From an uncultured Spiribacter sp. (GTDB lineage Bacteria; Pseudomonadota; Gammaproteobacteria; Nitrococcales; Nitrococcaceae), in contig CALGDM010000007.1 in assembly GCA_937884605.1 (NCBI GenBank), positions 6,714 to 70,713 on the forward strand: a stretch of 64,000 nt of DNA, read 5' to 3'. A program made the translations under genes and the position numbers. Below, piece by piece: positions 20,798 through 30,915 of this stretch; position 1 is the first letter of the stretch; every line of letters begins with the position of its first letter. A model generated the notes under the pieces. The model was not told the DNA's origin and did not search any database. It saw nothing but the letters and a program-made list of their open reading frames with translations.

Positions 20798-22011
20798 TCC
20801 GCCGGCTCATCTTGCTGGTCCTGCTGCTGCTGGCGAGTGTGTCGGCGGCGCAGTGGTTTGCCAACGAAGGCGGCTTTCTGCTGGTTCGGGTGGGCGAATG
20901 GACCCTTCAGACCAGCCTGTTCGTGGCGGTGCTGGCGTTCATTGCTCTGTGGGCGGCGGTCACCCTGGCGGTGGGGCTGCTGCGACGCACGCTCAAGGCC
21001 CCCGGCCAGGTGCGCGAACGGCTTGCCAGCCGGCGCACCCAGCGCGCCCAGCGCGAGCTGATCGACGGGCTGATCGAGCTGGCCGAGGGGCGCTACGCCC
21101 AGGCCGAGCGTCATCTCGAAGGCACCAGCGGGATTTCGGAACAGCCGCTCATGCACCATCTGCTGGCGGCGATCGCCGCTCAGCGTCGCGGCGAATGGCA
21201 ACGTCGGGATGACCTGCTGGTGGCGGCGGATTCCGCCAACCCGCGGGCGCGACTGGCGGTGGGGCTGCTCCAGGCCCAGCTGCAGGTCGACGCCGAACAG
21301 TGGGAGCAGGCCCTTGCCACCCTGGGCTGGCTGCGCGAGAAAGCGCCCCGCAATCACCGCGTGCTGATGCTGCTGGCACGGGCCATGCGGGCGGTGGAGG
21401 ATTACGCCGGGTTGATGGACCTGCTGCCGGACCTGCGCCGCGAGCAGTCCCTGCCCAGTGCCGAGCTCACCAGCATTGAGCAGCGCGCCCTGGACGAGCG
21501 CATCAATGCCCTGGGCGCCTCGGCCAATGCCGACAGTCTGGGCCGCATCTGGAAGTCGCTACCCAAGAGCCGGCGCCGCGATCCGGCGCTGCAGGCGCGT
21601 TACGCCCGGGCGCTGATCGACGCCGACTGCCCGGTCACTGCCGAGCGCCAGCTGCGCCGCTGGTTGCGCCAGCGCTGGGAGCCTGCCCTGGTGGAGGTCT
21701 ATGGCGAGTTGCCCCTGGCCCCGGAGCGGGTCTACAACCGCCTCACGTCCTGGCTCAATGAACGCCCCGACGACCCGGCGCTACTCTACGCCGCGGCCCG
21801 GCAGGCCGCCCGCTGCGAGCGCTGGGGGCCGGCCCGCAGCCACCTCGAGGCGGCGGTGGCCCGGGATGACAATCCCACCACGGCGCGTCTGCTTGCCGAG
21901 CTCTACGAGCGCCTCGGCGAACATGACCGCGCCCGCCAGACCTATCGTCAGGCCCTGGGCCTGGACCCCATCGGCAACAGCCTGCCGCGGATGGACGCCC
22001 CGGCCGACTAG
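20794..22011 (+). CDS. hemY: HemY (heme biosynthesis-associated TPR membrane protein)
   Basis: There are two N-terminal TM helices (HemY_N) followed by TPR-like repeats. It is the last gene of hemCDXY. Confidence 0.8.
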   Translation: MIRRLILLVLLLLASVSAAQWFANEGGFLLVRVGEWTLQTSLFVAVLAFIALWAAVTLAVGLLRRTLKAPGQVRERLASRRTQRAQRELIDGLIELAEGRYAQAERHLEGTSGISEQPLMHHLLAAIAAQRRGEWQRRDDLLVAADSANPRARLAVGLLQAQLQVDAEQWEQALATLGWLREKAPRNHRVLMLLARAMRAVEDYAGLMDLLPDLRREQSLPSAELTSIEQRALDERINALGASANADSLGRIWKSLPKSRRRDPALQARYARALIDADCPVTAERQLRRWLRQRWEPALVEVYGELPLAPERVYNRLTSWLNERPDDPALLYAAARQAARCERWGPARSHLEAAVARDDNPTTARLLAELYERLGEHDRARQTYRQALGLDPIGNSLPRMDAPAD

Positions 22012-22985
22012 GGCCGCAGGATGATCGAGCCGCTGCTCTGGCGCGACTCCAGACGCTGATGGGCGGCGGCCGCCTCGGCCAGCGGCCATTCGCTGTCGAT
22101 GCGGATCTGCAGATCACCGGCGGCGACACGGGCGAACAGGGCATCGGCCGCCGCCTGCAGTTCGGTGGGGGTGCCGATGTAGTCGAACAGCGACGGCCGG
22201 GTCAGAAACAGCGATCCCCCCGCCGCCAGCTGACCCACTTCGATGGCCGGCGGCGCGCCGGATGACTGGCCAAAGCTGACCAGCAGCCCGCGTTTGGCCA
22301 GACAGGCCAGCGACGCCGTCAGGGTGTCCGCGCCCACCGAGTCATAGACCACCTGCACGCCCTCGCCGCCGGTAAGGCTGTGGACCCGCTCGCTGACCGA
22401 CTCCTCGCGGTAGAGCACCGGGTGGTGGCAGCCATGGGCGCGCGCCTGTTCGGCCTTCTCGGGGCTGCCGACGGTGCCGATCACGGTGGCCCCCAGGGAA
22501 TGGGCCCACTGACAGAGCAGCAGCCCGACGCCCCCCGCCGCGGCGTGGATCAGTACCCGATCCCCCGGTCCCACGGCATGCACCCGCTCGAGCAGCATGT
22601 GCGCGGTCATGCCTTTCAGCATCATGGCCGCGGCCTGATCACCGGCGATGGCCGCCGGCAGCGCCACCACCCGATCGGCGCTGATCACCCGATCGCGGGC
22701 GTAGGCACCCGGCGGACCGCCGACATAGGCGACACGCTGGCCGGGAGCCAGCGCGGTGACACCGTCGCCCACGGCCAGCACCTCGCCGGCGGCCTCGAGC
22801 CCCGGCGTAAACGGCATCTGCGCGGGTCGGTAGAGCCCGGTGCGAAAGTAGACATCGATGTAGTTGACGCCGACATGGGTCTGGCGGATGTGGACCTCGC
22901 CGGGACCCGGCGTGGCATCGGCAACCTCGGCGAGGCGCAGCTCGCCGGGGCCACCAAAGGTTGCGACGCGAATGGCCTGATTCAT
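22008..22985 (-). CDS. qor: NADPH:quinone oxidoreductase (zeta-crystallin/MDR family)
   Basis: 325 aa, with VGVNYIDVYFRTGLY, GLEAAGEV and the nucleotide motif AAAGGVGLLLCQWA, as in E. coli Qor. Confidence 0.85.
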   Translation of the reverse strand: MNQAIRVATFGGPGELRLAEVADATPGPGEVHIRQTHVGVNYIDVYFRTGLYRPAQMPFTPGLEAAGEVLAVGDGVTALAPGQRVAYVGGPPGAYARDRVISADRVVALPAAIAGDQAAAMMLKGMTAHMLLERVHAVGPGDRVLIHAAAGGVGLLLCQWAHSLGATVIGTVGSPEKAEQARAHGCHHPVLYREESVSERVHSLTGGEGVQVVYDSVGADTLTASLACLAKRGLLVSFGQSSGAPPAIEVGQLAAGGSLFLTRPSLFDYIGTPTELQAAADALFARVAAGDLQIRIDSEWPLAEAAAAHQRLESRQSSGSIILRP

Positions 22986-25273
22986 GAGGGACTCCCGTCC
23001 TTGCCGCCCGCGATACCGGCTTCGACGCCGGCGAGGGCCGTGAGGTTGACGACGCCTCGTACCGTCACCGACGGCGTGAGGATATGGGCGGGCTTGGCCA
23101 TGCCCAGCACGATGGGACCGATCGACACGGCGTCGGTAACGGTCTTGAGCAGATTGAAGGCGATATTGGCGGCATCCAGCGTGGGCATGATCAGCAGGTT
23201 GGCCTCGCCCTCGAGCTGCGAGTTGGGAAAGATCCGCCGGCGGATCTCCTCGTTGAGCGCTGCATCGCCGTGCATCTCGCCCTCGACCTCCAGCGAGGGG
23301 TCGCGGGCCTTAACCTGATGGAGGGCCTCGCGCATCTTGCTGGCTTCGGTATCGTCCGAGGTGCCGAAGTTGCTGTGCGAGAGCATGGCCACCTTGGGCA
23401 CCATGCCGAAGCGGCGGATTTCATCGGCGGCGAGGGTGGTCATCTCGGCGAGCTGATCGGCGCTGGGGTGGTGGTTGACATAGGTGTCACACAGAAACAG
23501 CGTGCCCTTGGGGGTGATGATGGCGTTCATCGCCGCCAGATTGGCGACCCCGTCGCGCCGGCCGATGACCTCGGTGACATAGTCGAGCTGGCGGTGATAC
23601 TTGCCCACCGCGCCCGAGAGCATGGCGTCGGCCTCGCCCCGGTGCACCATCAGCGAGGCGATCACGGTGTTGCGCGTGCGCACGATCTGGCGGGCCCGGT
23701 CGGGGGTTACGCCACGACGCTCCATGAGCGAGTGATAGAGCTGCCAGTAGGCCTTGAAGCGCGGATCATCCTCGGGATCCACCAGCTCGAAGTCGTCGTC
23801 GATGGCCAGCCGCAGGCCCAGGCGCTGGATGCGCATTTTGACCACCCGGCGCCGGCCGATGACGATGGGCCTGGCCAGCCCGTCGTCCACCACCAGCTGT
23901 ACCGCCTGGAGGATGCGCTCGTCCTCGCCGTCGCCGTAGGCCACCCGCCGCGGGTTCTGGCTGGCGCGCTCGAAGATCGGCTTCATGAGCAGGCCCGACT
24001 GGAAGACATAATTCGACAGCCGGCGCCGGTAGGCGGCGAAATCGTCGATGGGACGGGTTGCCACGCCGCTGTCCATGGCGGCGCGGGCCACCTCGGGGGC
24101 GATACGCGTGATCAGGCGCGGGTCGAAGGGCTTGGGGATGAGGTATTCGGGCCCGAATGACAGCGGTTTGCCGCCATAGGCCGCGCGCACCACATCCGAG
24201 GATTCCATGGTGGCCAGATCGGCGATGGCGCGCACGCAGGCCTTTTTCATTTCGTCGTTAATGGTGGTGGCGCCCACATCCAGCGCGCCGCGAAAGATGA
24301 ACGGAAAGCACAGGACGTTGTTGACCTGGTTGGGGTAATCCGACCGGCCGGTGGAGATGATGGCATCGGGGCGCGCGGCCAGGGCGTCCTCGGGCAGGAT
24401 CTCGGGGGTGGGGTTGGCCAGCGCCATGATCATGGGCTTGTCGGCCATGCGCTTGACCATTGCCGGGGTCAGCACGCCCGGGGCGGACAGTCCCAGAAAG
24501 ATATCCGCGCCGTCGATGGCCTCGCCCAGGGTGCGGGCATCGGTGTCACTGGCATACACCCCCTTGCGCGGATCCATGTACTCGGTCCGGCCCTGATAGA
24601 TCACGCCCTGGCGGTCGGTGGCGATGACATTGGCGGGGTTGAGCCCCATCGAGACCAGCAGATCCAGGCAGGCCACCGCCGAGGCGCCGGCGCCGGAGGT
24701 CACCAGTTTGATGTCCTCGAAGCGCTTGCCCACCAGGCGCAGACCGTTGTAGATCGCGGCGGCGGCGGTGATGGCCGTGCCGTGCTGGTCGTCGTGGAAG
24801 ACCGGGATGTTCATGCGCTCGCGCAGCTGGGCTTCAACCTCGAAGCATTCCGGGGCCTTGATGTCCTCGAGATTGATGGCGCCAAAGGTCGGCTCGAGTC
24901 GGGCGATGGTCTCCACCAGTTTATCGGCGTCGGTCTCGTCGATTTCGATGTCAAAGACGTCGATGCCGGCGAACTTCTTGAACAGGACGCCTTTGCCCTC
25001 CATCACCGGCTTGGAGGCGAGGGGACCGATCGCCCCCAGCCCCAGCACCGCCGTGCCGTTGGTGATCACGCCCACCAGGTTGCCGCGGGCGGTGACATTG
25101 GCGGCTTCACGCTCGTTCTCGACAATCGCCTCGCAGGCGGCGGCCACGCCGGGGCTGTAGGCCAGGGCCAGATCGCGCTGGTTGGCCAGCGGCTTGGTGG
25201 GCGAGACCGTAATTTTGCCCGGCGTCGGGTTGCGGTGGTAGTCGAGCGCGTTCTGTTTAAAGTCCTCAGCCAT
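22982..25273 (-). CDS. maeB: NADP-dependent malic enzyme (malic enzyme domain plus phosphotransacetylase-like domain)
   Basis: 763 aa. [31 protein letters not shown] and a C-terminal PTA-like half match MaeB-type enzymes. Confidence 0.93.
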   Translation of the reverse strand: MAEDFKQNALDYHRNPTPGKITVSPTKPLANQRDLALAYSPGVAAACEAIVENEREAANVTARGNLVGVITNGTAVLGLGAIGPLASKPVMEGKGVLFKKFAGIDVFDIEIDETDADKLVETIARLEPTFGAINLEDIKAPECFEVEAQLRERMNIPVFHDDQHGTAITAAAAIYNGLRLVGKRFEDIKLVTSGAGASAVACLDLLVSMGLNPANVIATDRQGVIYQGRTEYMDPRKGVYASDTDARTLGEAIDGADIFLGLSAPGVLTPAMVKRMADKPMIMALANPTPEILPEDALAARPDAIISTGRSDYPNQVNNVLCFPFIFRGALDVGATTINDEMKKACVRAIADLATMESSDVVRAAYGGKPLSFGPEYLIPKPFDPRLITRIAPEVARAAMDSGVATRPIDDFAAYRRRLSNYVFQSGLLMKPIFERASQNPRRVAYGDGEDERILQAVQLVVDDGLARPIVIGRRRVVKMRIQRLGLRLAIDDDFELVDPEDDPRFKAYWQLYHSLMERRGVTPDRARQIVRTRNTVIASLMVHRGEADAMLSGAVGKYHRQLDYVTEVIGRRDGVANLAAMNAIITPKGTLFLCDTYVNHHPSADQLAEMTTLAADEIRRFGMVPKVAMLSHSNFGTSDDTEASKMREALHQVKARDPSLEVEGEMHGDAALNEEIRRRIFPNSQLEGEANLLIMPTLDAANIAFNLLKTVTDAVSIGPIVLGMAKPAHILTPSVTVRGVVNLTALAGVEAGIAGGKDGSPS

Positions 25274-25291
25274 GGCGGTCTCTCTGCGTGG

Positions 25292-26083
25292 TCAGGGGTG
25301 GGGTTGCGTCACGAAATCGTTCAGCTCGGCGATGAATCGTTGCGGCGCCTCGGCATGCAGCCAGTGGCCGACGCCGGGATAGCTCACCACCTCGGCGTGC
25401 GGAAAGTGTCGGGCAATGGCGGCGCGTCCCGCGGTGTCGACGTAGTCCGATGCCCCGCCGTGGACAAAGCGCGCCGGCCGGTCGGTCAGCTGGCCCAGGC
25501 CCTCCGGCCAGCCCTGGATGACCGGCAGCTGATCAGCGAGGGTGGCCAGCGGAATGCGCCACATCCAGCCCTCGCCCCGACGCTGCAGGTTGGTGAGCAG
25601 AAACTGCCGGATCATGGGATGAGCGACCGCGGTGGCCAGTTGCGCATCCACCGCGTCGCGGTTGGGTGCCGCCGCCAGATCGATGGACTGCATGGCACGG
25701 ATCAGCCCGCCGTGCTCGTGTTCGTGGTCGTAGGCCATGGGCGCGATATCCACCACCATCAGGCGGCGCAGCCGTTCCGGCTGGGTCAGCGCCAGCGCCA
25801 TCGCCACCTTGCCGCCCATGCTGTGGCCCATGACATCGGCCTGTTCAATGCCTTTGGCATCCAGCAGGGCGATGACATCGGCGGCCATGGCGCGATAATC
25901 CATGTCGGGACAATGCGGCGACTGGCCATGGTTGCGCAGGTCGGGGCGCAGTACCCGGTGGCTCGGCTCGAACGATCGGGCGATGCCGCGCCAGTTGTTT
26001 CCCGAGCCGTACAGGCCATGGAGCATGACCAGTGCGGGACCATCGCCGCCGTCGGTGCAGTGCAGTGCCACCGGATCAGTCAT
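25292..26083 (-). CDS. YbfF-like alpha/beta hydrolase (esterase/acyl-CoA thioesterase family)
   Basis: It is colinear with E. coli YbfF: LVMLHGLYGSGNNW, DLRNHGQSPH, the nucleophile elbow GHSMGGKVAM, DIAP, and GHWLHAEAP. Its ATG overlaps the gdhB stop (ATGA at 26080..26083). Confidence 0.75.
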   Translation of the reverse strand: MTDPVALHCTDGGDGPALVMLHGLYGSGNNWRGIARSFEPSHRVLRPDLRNHGQSPHCPDMDYRAMAADVIALLDAKGIEQADVMGHSMGGKVAMALALTQPERLRRLMVVDIAPMAYDHEHEHGGLIRAMQSIDLAAAPNRDAVDAQLATAVAHPMIRQFLLTNLQRRGEGWMWRIPLATLADQLPVIQGWPEGLGQLTDRPARFVHGGASDYVDTAGRAAIARHFPHAEVVSYPGVGHWLHAEAPQRFIAELNDFVTQPHP

Positions 26084-29000
26084 TGCAGGCGTTCCTGGGC
26101 ATTCGACGCGACATGCCGCAGCGCCTGCAGTGCGACGCCGAACATGGCGCTATCGGGCTGGGCGCTGGCCTGGATCTGGTCGGTGATCTGGCGCAGGTAG
26201 CCGACCCGGTTGCCCTCGCCGGCCAGCCCGTCCTCGACCCGGGTGGCCGCCGGGCCGTCGGTGGTATGCCGCAGGACGGCTTCGGTGACACGGCGGTGTT
26301 CCTCGTGCAGCGACTCCATCAGCCCGATCCGGTAGCGCGTCTGCCAGTCGTCCTCGGGCTGGAAACGATCGATGGCCGCCCGCAGATCATTGAGCGCCAG
26401 ATAGTCGCCGGCCTGGAAATGCACGCCGGCGGCATCGGTCAGTTCGGCGTCGGCCACGCAGGCTGCGGCGTGGATATCGAGCGCGGGATAGAGCCGCGGC
26501 AGACGGCTCAGGCGCTCGGCCAGGGGCGCCGGCACGCCGGCCGCGATATGCTCGTCGCGCGCCGCGGCCAGCTGTTCGGCGGCGGTTTCGGTAAGCAATG
26601 TCGGCAGCGCCTCGTCCAGGCGGGCCACCGCCTGCTGCATGGGCCCGATGCCTGCCTCGGCATCGCCGCCAGCGCCGCCCGGATGCCGCAGCAGCCAGCG
26701 CGTGGCCTGCTCCTGCAGTGCCCGGATGCTATGCAGCAGCGACTGCTGATGCTGGATGGCCACCGCGTGATCGAGCCCGTTCACTTCGTGCCACAGTCCG
26801 CGCAGGCCATAAATGTCACGGGCCGCCAGATACGCGCGGACCGCCTCGGCGGTATCGGCGCCGGTCGCTTCGGTCATGCGCATCAAAAACGTCGCACCCA
26901 TGCGATTGAGGACATGATTGGCCAGATGCGTGGCGATGATCTCGCGGCGCAGCGGGTGCTGATCGATGCGCGTCGGAAAGCGCTCGCGCAGGGGCGCGGG
27001 AAAATAGCCCACCAGCTCGTGGAGGTTTTCCTCACCCTCCACCAGCGGCGAGTCGAGCAGCTCCTCGAAGCCGCGAATCTTGGTGTAGGACAGCAGGATC
27101 GCCAGCTCGGGGCGGGTCAGCCCACGCCCCTGCTGGGCCCGTTCGGCGAGGGTTTCGTCATCGGGCAGCTGCTCCACCGCCCGGTCGAGGCGGCCCTCGC
27201 GCTCGAGCCGGCGCATGCAGCGATCCTGCTCGGCCAGCCGGGCCGCGGCGCGGTCCTGCATCAGGCTGATGGCCTGGGTCTGGCGATCGTTGTTGGCCAG
27301 CACATGCTCGGCCACGGCATCGGTCATTTCCACCAGCAGCTGGTTGCGCTGCTTGACGGTCAGGTCGCCATCATCGACGCCGCCGTTCATGAGGATCTTG
27401 ATGTTGACCTCGTGGTCGGAGCAGTCCACCCCGCCGGAGTTGTCGATGGCGTCATTGTTGATCTGCCCGCCGGCCAGGGCAAACGCGACCCGCCCCAGTG
27501 GCGTTACGCCCAGGTTGCCGCCTTCGCCGATCACCCGACAGCGCAGGTCTTCGGCATCCACCCGCAGCGAATCATTGGCTTTGTCGCCCACCTCGGCGTG
27601 GCTCTCGGCGCGGGCCTTGACGTAGGTGCCGATCCCGCCGTTCCAGAGCAGGTCCACCGGCGCGCAGAGGATGGCGGCGATCAGGTCGTTGGGCGTCAGG
27701 CGCGGCTGCTCGATCCCCAGGGCCTGGCGGGCCGGTTCCGACAGGGTGATGGACTTGGCGCTGCGGGGCCAGACGCCCCCGCCCTCGGAAATCAGCGCGG
27801 TGTCGTAGTCGGCCCAGCTGGAGGGGCCAAGGGCAAACAGCCGCTCGCGTTCGGCATAACTGCGCTCAGGGTCCGGCTCGGGGTCGATGAACACATGGCG
27901 ATGGTCAAAGGCGGCAATCAGGCGCGTGGTGCGCGACTGCAGCATGCCATTGCCAAACACGTCCCCCGACATGTCACCCACACCCACGGCGCTGAAGGGC
28001 TCGGTCTGAATATCGCGGCCGGCCTCGCGAAAATGCCGCTGGACCGCCACCCAGGCGCCGCGTGCGGTAATGCCCATGGCCTTGTGGTCGTAGCCGCTGG
28101 AGCCGCCCGAGGCAAAGGCGTCATGCAGCCAGAAGCCGTATTCCTCGGCGATGGCGTTGGCGTCATCCGAGAAGGTCGCGGTGCCCTTGTCAGCGGCCAC
28201 CACCAGGTAGGGGTCGTCATCGTCGTGGCGGACCACGTGCGCGGGCGGCCGGACGGCGTCGTCGACGATATTATCGGTCACATCCAGCAGCGCGCGGATG
28301 AACAGCCGGTAGCAGGCCAGCACCTCGTCGCGCTGGGCCTGGCGGTCGCGCGGCAGGCGCTTGCAGACAAAACCGCCCTTGGCGCCCACCGGCACGATCA
28401 GGGCGTTTTTGACCATCTGCGCTTTCATCAGCCCGAGGATCTCGGTGCGGTAGTCCTCGCGGCGTTCCGACCAGCGCAACCCGCCCCGGGCCACCTTGCC
28501 GCCGCGCAGATGCACGCCTTCGACCCGCGGCGAGCTGACGAAGATCTCGAACGCCGGGACCGGCTTGGGGACGCCGGGGATCTGCTCGGGCCGAAGCTTG
28601 AGGGCCAGACTGGGGTGGGGCTGGCCCTGGGCATCGCGCCGGAAGAAGCTGGTCCGCAGCGTCGCGAGCATGGCATCGCGCAGGCGCCGCAGGATGCGGT
28701 CGTCATCCAGGCTTTCCACCGCCTCGAGGCGTGCGTCCAGATCGTCGGCCAGGCGGCCGGCCTGGTCGGCGTCGGCATGCTCCGGGTCGAACCGCGCCTT
28801 GAACAGCTGGATCAGCCCGCTGGCGATGGCCGGATGATCGGCGAGGGTGCATTCCATGTAGGGCTGGCTGTAGGCCATCCCCGCCTGGCGCAGATACTGG
28901 GCGTAGGCCCGCAGGACAACAATGTCCCGCCAGGTCAGGCCGGCCAGCAGGATCAGTCGGTTGAAGCCGTCATCGTCGGTCTCGCGTCGCCAGATGGCGG

Positions 29001-30915
29001 CAAATCCGGACTGGAAGGCGTCCCGCAGCCGGCCTGTGTCCAGCTCGAGCTGAGGGTCGTGGCTGAGGCCGAAGTCATGGATCCAGCATGGCGCCTCGCC
29101 GGCCGGGTGAATGCCGTAGGGACGCTCGTCGATGACCCGCACGCCCATGTTTTCGAGCACCGGCAGCACGTCGGAAAGGCTCATCGGCTGGCCGGCGTGG
29201 TAGAGCTTGAGCCGCAGGCTGCCCACCGGCGCCTCGAGTGGGCGATACAGGCTGATCACCAGGCCGTTGTTGGCACTCAGGGTCTCGAGGCGTTCGATGT
29301 CCTGGGTGGCGGTGCCGGGCGGGGTGTCCTCGCGATAGGCGGCGCTGAAGGCGTCGCGATAGCGGTGATGCAGCGGGTTGCCGCGGGCCTCGCCGCAGTG
29401 TTCGAGCAGTGTCTGTGCCAGATCGTCCGACCATGACCGGGTGGTGGCCGCAAGGCGGGCCTCGAGGGCGTCGGTGTCCACCGTCTGGGCCTCGGGGCCG
29501 CGGAAGTGGATGATGAAGTGGATGCGCGCAAGCACCGCCTCGGAGAGCTGGACGGTGAACTCGGAATGCGCGCCGTCGAACGCCTCCATCAGGATCTGCT
29601 GCATGCGCTGCCGCGTGGCCGTGTCGTAGCGGTCGCGCGGGGCGTAGATCAGACACGAGACGAAGCGGCCAAAGCGGTCATGACGCGTGAACAGGCGCAC
29701 CCGCTGGCGCTCCTGCAGCTGCAGAATGCCCAGGGCGGTCTCGTGGAGCGTCTGCGAGTCGATCTCGAAGAGCTCGTCGCGGGGATAGGTCTCGAGGATG
29801 TGCACCAGTGCCTTGCCGGCATGGCTGTTGGCGCGCAGCCCGGCGCGCTCGAGCACGGCCGCCACCTTGCGTCGCAGCAGCGGGATATGGCGCGGATTGC
29901 GGCTGTAGGCGCCCGAGGTGTAGAGCCCCAGAAAGCGGTGTTCGCCGATCACCTCGCCGCGGGTATTGAAGCGCTTGATGCCAATGGTGTCCATGTAGCC
30001 GTGGCGGTGGACCGTGGCGCGATGACTGGATTTGGTAAGGACCAGCGGGTCGGGATCGCTGGCCTGTTCGCGCATCGCCGGCGGCAGCGCCTCGAAGCTG
30101 CTCGACAGCCGCTCGGCGTTGCGGGTGGGACGCAGCAGTCCCAGGCCGGTGTCCTGGACGGCCTCCAGCCGCAGGGTGTCATGGCCACGCTTGAGGTCGT
30201 AGCGGCGATAGCCGAGGAACGTGAAATGGTCATCGAGCACCCATTCCAGAAACGCATCGATCTCGGCCGGATAGTCATCATCGGCGGCGGGGGCGCGGCG
30301 TTTCAGCGACTGCCGGGCCTGCTCCGCCTGATGGCGCATCGCCTGCCAGTCGGCCACCGCGACGTCGACATCGCGCAGGGTGTCGCGCACGGCGGCCTCG
30401 AGGGCGTCGAGGGGGGCGTCGCCGGCCTGGCGATCCACTTCGAAATGGATCCACGCCTCGGGCTCGCCGTCGCTGGTGGAGCGGTCGCTGACCGCGTTGA
30501 CATGGCCACCGGCGTTGCGCACGACCTCGAGCACCGGATGACTGATCAGGTGGATCATCAGGCCCTGCTCGTTCATCGCCATGGACAGCGAGTCGACCAG
30601 AAAGGGCTGATCATCGGCGACGATCTGGATCACGCTGTGGGTGGACTCCCAGCCGTCCTGCTCGGGGTCGGGGTTGTAGACGCGCAGCGCCACCTCGCCG
30701 CGGGGCCGCCGGTAGCCCAGTCGCCAGTGCGACAGCGCCATGCCGTAGAGGCTGCCGGCCGTGCGCGCGGTCAGATCCTCGGTGGCCATGCCCGCGTAGT
30801 AGCAATCGATGAAACGGTGGATGAGTGCCTGATCCGCCTCGGACCAGCGTTGATCCGCCAGTTGCTCCAGCGCGTCCAGCTGACGCTGGCGTGTCTTGTT
30901 GGCCGCGTGGTTCAT
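26080..30915 (-). CDS. gdhB: NAD-specific glutamate dehydrogenase, large (about 180 kDa) GdhB type
   Basis: About 1610 aa with typical large-GDH regions, including the catalytic core segments VKARAESHAEVGDKAND and NGGIGTYVK. The start is taken at the ATG at 30913..30915, which overlaps the upstream stop as ATGA. The tracker ORF starts 12 nt further up, at 30927. Confidence 0.9.
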   Translation of the reverse strand: MNHAANKTRQRQLDALEQLADQRWSEADQALIHRFIDCYYAGMATEDLTARTAGSLYGMALSHWRLGYRRPRGEVALRVYNPDPEQDGWESTHSVIQIVADDQPFLVDSLSMAMNEQGLMIHLISHPVLEVVRNAGGHVNAVSDRSTSDGEPEAWIHFEVDRQAGDAPLDALEAAVRDTLRDVDVAVADWQAMRHQAEQARQSLKRRAPAADDDYPAEIDAFLEWVLDDHFTFLGYRRYDLKRGHDTLRLEAVQDTGLGLLRPTRNAERLSSSFEALPPAMREQASDPDPLVLTKSSHRATVHRHGYMDTIGIKRFNTRGEVIGEHRFLGLYTSGAYSRNPRHIPLLRRKVAAVLERAGLRANSHAGKALVHILETYPRDELFEIDSQTLHETALGILQLQERQRVRLFTRHDRFGRFVSCLIYAPRDRYDTATRQRMQQILMEAFDGAHSEFTVQLSEAVLARIHFIIHFRGPEAQTVDTDALEARLAATTRSWSDDLAQTLLEHCGEARGNPLHHRYRDAFSAAYREDTPPGTATQDIERLETLSANNGLVISLYRPLEAPVGSLRLKLYHAGQPMSLSDVLPVLENMGVRVIDERPYGIHPAGEAPCWIHDFGLSHDPQLELDTGRLRDAFQSGFAAIWRRETDDDGFNRLILLAGLTWRDIVVLRAYAQYLRQAGMAYSQPYMECTLADHPAIASGLIQLFKARFDPEHADADQAGRLADDLDARLEAVESLDDDRILRRLRDAMLATLRTSFFRRDAQGQPHPSLALKLRPEQIPGVPKPVPAFEIFVSSPRVEGVHLRGGKVARGGLRWSERREDYRTEILGLMKAQMVKNALIVPVGAKGGFVCKRLPRDRQAQRDEVLACYRLFIRALLDVTDNIVDDAVRPPAHVVRHDDDDPYLVVAADKGTATFSDDANAIAEEYGFWLHDAFASGGSSGYDHKAMGITARGAWVAVQRHFREAGRDIQTEPFSAVGVGDMSGDVFGNGMLQSRTTRLIAAFDHRHVFIDPEPDPERSYAERERLFALGPSSWADYDTALISEGGGVWPRSAKSITLSEPARQALGIEQPRLTPNDLIAAILCAPVDLLWNGGIGTYVKARAESHAEVGDKANDSLRVDAEDLRCRVIGEGGNLGVTPLGRVAFALAGGQINNDAIDNSGGVDCSDHEVNIKILMNGGVDDGDLTVKQRNQLLVEMTDAVAEHVLANNDRQTQAISLMQDRAAARLAEQDRCMRRLEREGRLDRAVEQLPDDETLAERAQQGRGLTRPELAILLSYTKIRGFEELLDSPLVEGEENLHELVGYFPAPLRERFPTRIDQHPLRREIIATHLANHVLNRMGATFLMRMTEATGADTAEAVRAYLAARDIYGLRGLWHEVNGLDHAVAIQHQQSLLHSIRALQEQATRWLLRHPGGAGGDAEAGIGPMQQAVARLDEALPTLLTETAAEQLAAARDEHIAAGVPAPLAERLSRLPRLYPALDIHAAACVADAELTDAAGVHFQAGDYLALNDLRAAIDRFQPEDDWQTRYRIGLMESLHEEHRRVTEAVLRHTTDGPAATRVEDGLAGEGNRVGYLRQITDQIQASAQPDSAMFGVALQALRHVASNAQERLQ

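Noticed and set aside
26032-29436. A 1134-aa ORF on the plus strand, inside and antisense to gdhB.
   Set aside because: It is in the exactly codon-complementary frame of gdhB (26080-26032 is divisible by 3). In that frame stops can only arise from the rare sense codons TTA, CTA and TCA, so long open frames are expected in a GC-rich genome. The translation is low-complexity (Gly/Ala/Arg/Leu/Gln-rich) with no recognisable motifs. The opposite strand has end-to-end large-GDH homology. Antisense GDH translations are a known source of spurious protein families.
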